A stretch of 64,000 nucleotides of DNA, taken from assembly GCF_000143415.4 (NCBI RefSeq), contig NW_003314346.1, positions 712,936 to 776,935 of the forward strand, in the 5' to 3' direction. The stretch comes from Selaginella moellendorffii. Its lineage: Eukaryota > Plantae > Lycopodiophyta. A program made the position numbers and the translations under genes. The notes below the pieces were generated by a model. The model had not been told where the DNA came from. It did not search any database and was given only the letters and a program-made list of their open reading frames with translations. Of the stretch, positions 61,201-64,000 are shown piece by piece (the stretch's first letter is position 1; each line of letters starts with the position of its first letter).

Positions 61201-64000
61201 TATAAAGCCAAAAAGCAAGTAGTATTGGGATGGAACTGAACCATAGAAATCGAAGGGCATAACCAACAGTGGTTATGCAAGTTGGGAGTGGAGAATCAAG
61301 AGGGTGCTCAAGGATGTTGCTCTTAGCAACCGCGATGCCATGGAAAGTCTAAAATGTGGAATCATCTATGTTAGACCATATGGTGAGTAGGGAGCTTGCA
61401 AAGGAGCAAGCTAAGGAACAGAGTTCCTTGAAGGTTCCCAAAGACAATTCTAGATAAGTAAGTACCAAGAAAGCTAAGCGTAAATGGTTCCTAGAGCGCG
61501 CGAAATCAGAGTGGCGCAATAAAAGCGTGGTCTTGAAGCTGGCCATGAGGCGAGGCTATCAAGGTTGGGGAAGTAGTTCCCGAGTGTTCAAAGAGAGGGC
61601 TTTGAACAAAAGTCGATGGTTAAGGACTTTCACGCTTATGCATGAACCATGTTACAGTGGCCAGATGACTTGCTAAGTGAGATTGGCAAGTCAGGGGGAC
61701 AAATCCCCTAGTTATCTCAGTTGCTATGGACCCTTGGCCGTAAAGGCTGGCTTGGGTGCACCGCAAAGTATGGGGGATGCCCCCGGGGTCATGGTCAATA
61801 ACTTGAAGGTCTAGAAGACCAAGTACCTCTTGGCAACTCTATTAAAGTGCCAAGGTGAGACCACTAGGTGATTTTGTGGCTGAATAAGGACAAGGTCCTT
61901 GGTTGGTTAAGGAATGAAGTTCCTGGTTCAAAGTGTTGATTTGAACTATTTATGATGGTGGCGCTTGGTCAATATGACCAAGTGAGAAGAGCACCTAAGG
62001 GAAATAAACTATGTCCATGCGATGGCATAGTGAGTCCGAGGAAGGTAGTCTCTATAAGAGATCCATGGGAGGGTTACAAAGTTGGGCCAAGGATAGGGCC
62101 CACAGCCGAAAATGCTAAAGAGACGTACTAGGGATGAACACCCTCTAGACTTGGCAAAGTAGAATCTTTGCTATGGAACCGAAAGGATACCTCGAGAATG
62201 GAGGTAGTGATCCGATGTTGCTGGGTGCAACAATCAAGGATAGGAGCAAAAGACTAGTGGCTAAGAAAGAGCTATGGGAATAATTGGAAAGAATCCGAAA
62301 GGCAACGTTAATATATTAGGTGCTAACGAATTGTGGGAAATGCAATGTGTTTCCAAGGATGGATTCCCAATTGCTCCGATTTGGCGAAAGTGGAAGCTCC
62401 AAGGGAGGAAGCAGTAAGGTAGCCAAATGATAGGGCCATGGACAGCCTTAGCACAAATTATGATAATTAGAACTTAGTGCCCAAAGTGGCACGAAATAAA
62501 AGAGAGGTTGATGGTGCCCTCAAGTAGAGAACTTCCTAGGATAGGGAAGTGGACTTGCACAATATGTGCAATGCAAGGTGTCAGAGACACATAGGAAATT
62601 GACTTCAAGAAGTCAAAAGTAAACGTTCCAAAGTGCAAAGGTTATGTCAATGGAAACTGAGACTACTCGAGATGGAGTAATGGGATTGAGATAGAGACAG
62701 TGTCTCTAACGGGTTTAGCAAGAACTAAACCAATAAACAAAAAGAACCACCACCAGTGGTCCAATCAGTCTCTAAGTTGGAGAGATTATCCTCCTTAGAG
62801 GATAGGCAAGGCATGGTAAGCCTTCAGTATCAAACCATTGACAAATATTGGCAAGGTGCCAAGAATGGAAAGGGTAATACATGTTGGTATTACTTTATAA
62901 AATAGTTTATCGTTCAATGAGGACATCGAACTTCGTTTATAGGTGGTGGAGTTGTGAGACACAAAATCCCTAGGCCCCAAAGTGGAGCCGGAAGGGTGCC
63001 ATGTGGTAGTGGCTGAAGCGAAAACCAAACGAGCGTAACATGTTTGGACTAAAAGCTCCAACTTGAAAGGTCGAGAGCGGGAGTGGAACTCCCAACGAAG
63101 TGCTCAAGGAACAAGCACGAAGCAAGAAATAAGTGAGTCTCTAGAAAAGGGACACAAGAGGACCAACACATGACACGTGGCAGAATCCGAGATGGACCCG
63201 AGAAGGACCCGAGATGGAGTCCAAGATGGACCCGAGATGGAGTCCGAGATGGACCAAGATGGAGTCCAAGAGGGACCCAAGATGGAGTCCGAGATGGACT
63301 AAGATGGAGTCTGAGATGGACCCGAGATGGAGTCCGAAATGGAGTCCGAGATGGAGTCTGAGATAAACCCGAGATGGAGTTCGAGAAGGACCCAAGATGG
63401 AGTCCGAGATGGACCGAGACGGAGTCCGAGATGGACCGAGATAGAGTCTGAGATGGAGTCCAAGATGGACCCGAGATGGATTCGAGATGGAGTCCGAGAA
63501 GGACCTGAGATGGAGTCCGAGGTCGAGACCGAGACCGGGACCGATACCGAGACTGGGACCAAGACCGAGTCTGAGTTTGAGTTCGAGTTCGAGTCCAAGT
63601 CCGAGTCTGAGTCCGAGTCTGAGTCCGAGTCTGAGTTTGAGTCTGAGAGGGTGAAAGCCTAAAGCATTCATCTCCCAGACCCTAGGGGGTTTGGTGAGCT
63701 CCAAAAGTATAGTAGGGGGAGGACTGTAGTGGAGCCAATTTGGCCAGGAAAGGCCAGTTTGGCCTAGGAAGGCCAGACCTAGTGTTGGGTGATGAACTAA
63801 CCACTAGGAAGTCCAAGACTAGAGTGAATATGGATCGACAAGCGGGGTAGCATGGTGAAGTGTTCAAGAGCTAGTTCCCCTAGGAGATCGATTGGCTGAT
63901 GCTCCCAGTCCAGGTGTGGGTGGCACTACCTACTTGGATACCTAGTGTGGCTCAACGGAACCTCGCTCTAAGCCTATGGCTAGGGCACTTAAACGCGGAA
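57619..64000 (+). mobile_element. Family-A non-autonomous (LARD-like) LTR element: 5' LTR 57619-59390, PBS, 3.56-kb internal region without gag/pol, 3' LTR from 62953 off the window edge
   Basis: TGTGAGAC...GTCTACA, PBS TGGTATCGGAGC at 59394 and PPT-like AGGTGGTGGAGT before 62953. Both LTRs carry GAGATGGAGTCC/GAGATGGACCC and GAGACC/GAGTCC arrays. Confidence 0.85.

Overview
Repeat-rich land-plant nuclear DNA. Introns of about 50 nt and the gene set suggest a lycophyte such as Selaginella, but that is inference. No intact host gene is evident. The window holds five decayed FAN1 (Fanconi-associated nuclease 1) copies interleaved with kelch-like pseudogenes, a TTC38 fragment, a GH19 chitinase pseudogene, and many nested Ty3/gypsy, Ty1/copia and non-autonomous LTR elements. 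The main feature is a 12.36-kb TIR DNA transposon (873-13230) inserted in a FAN1 exon, with 24-bp TIRs and a CTAG target duplication. It encodes a Sola1-type DDD transposase on the minus strand. Divergently, it encodes an 11-exon, ~1640-aa cargo protein with a ParB/Srx-like domain, a degenerate beta-class DNA amino-methyltransferase-like domain, an acidic tract and an FCP1/NIF-type HAD phosphatase-like domain. About 24 copies of a 22-bp palindrome (ATGGCRTGWGGCCWCAYGCCAT) run end to end through the element, many inside its small introns, and I saw none outside it. This suggests a transposon-encoded ParB/parS-like self-recognition, possibly anti-silencing, system. All domain calls were made by eye from motifs and need profile or structure confirmation.
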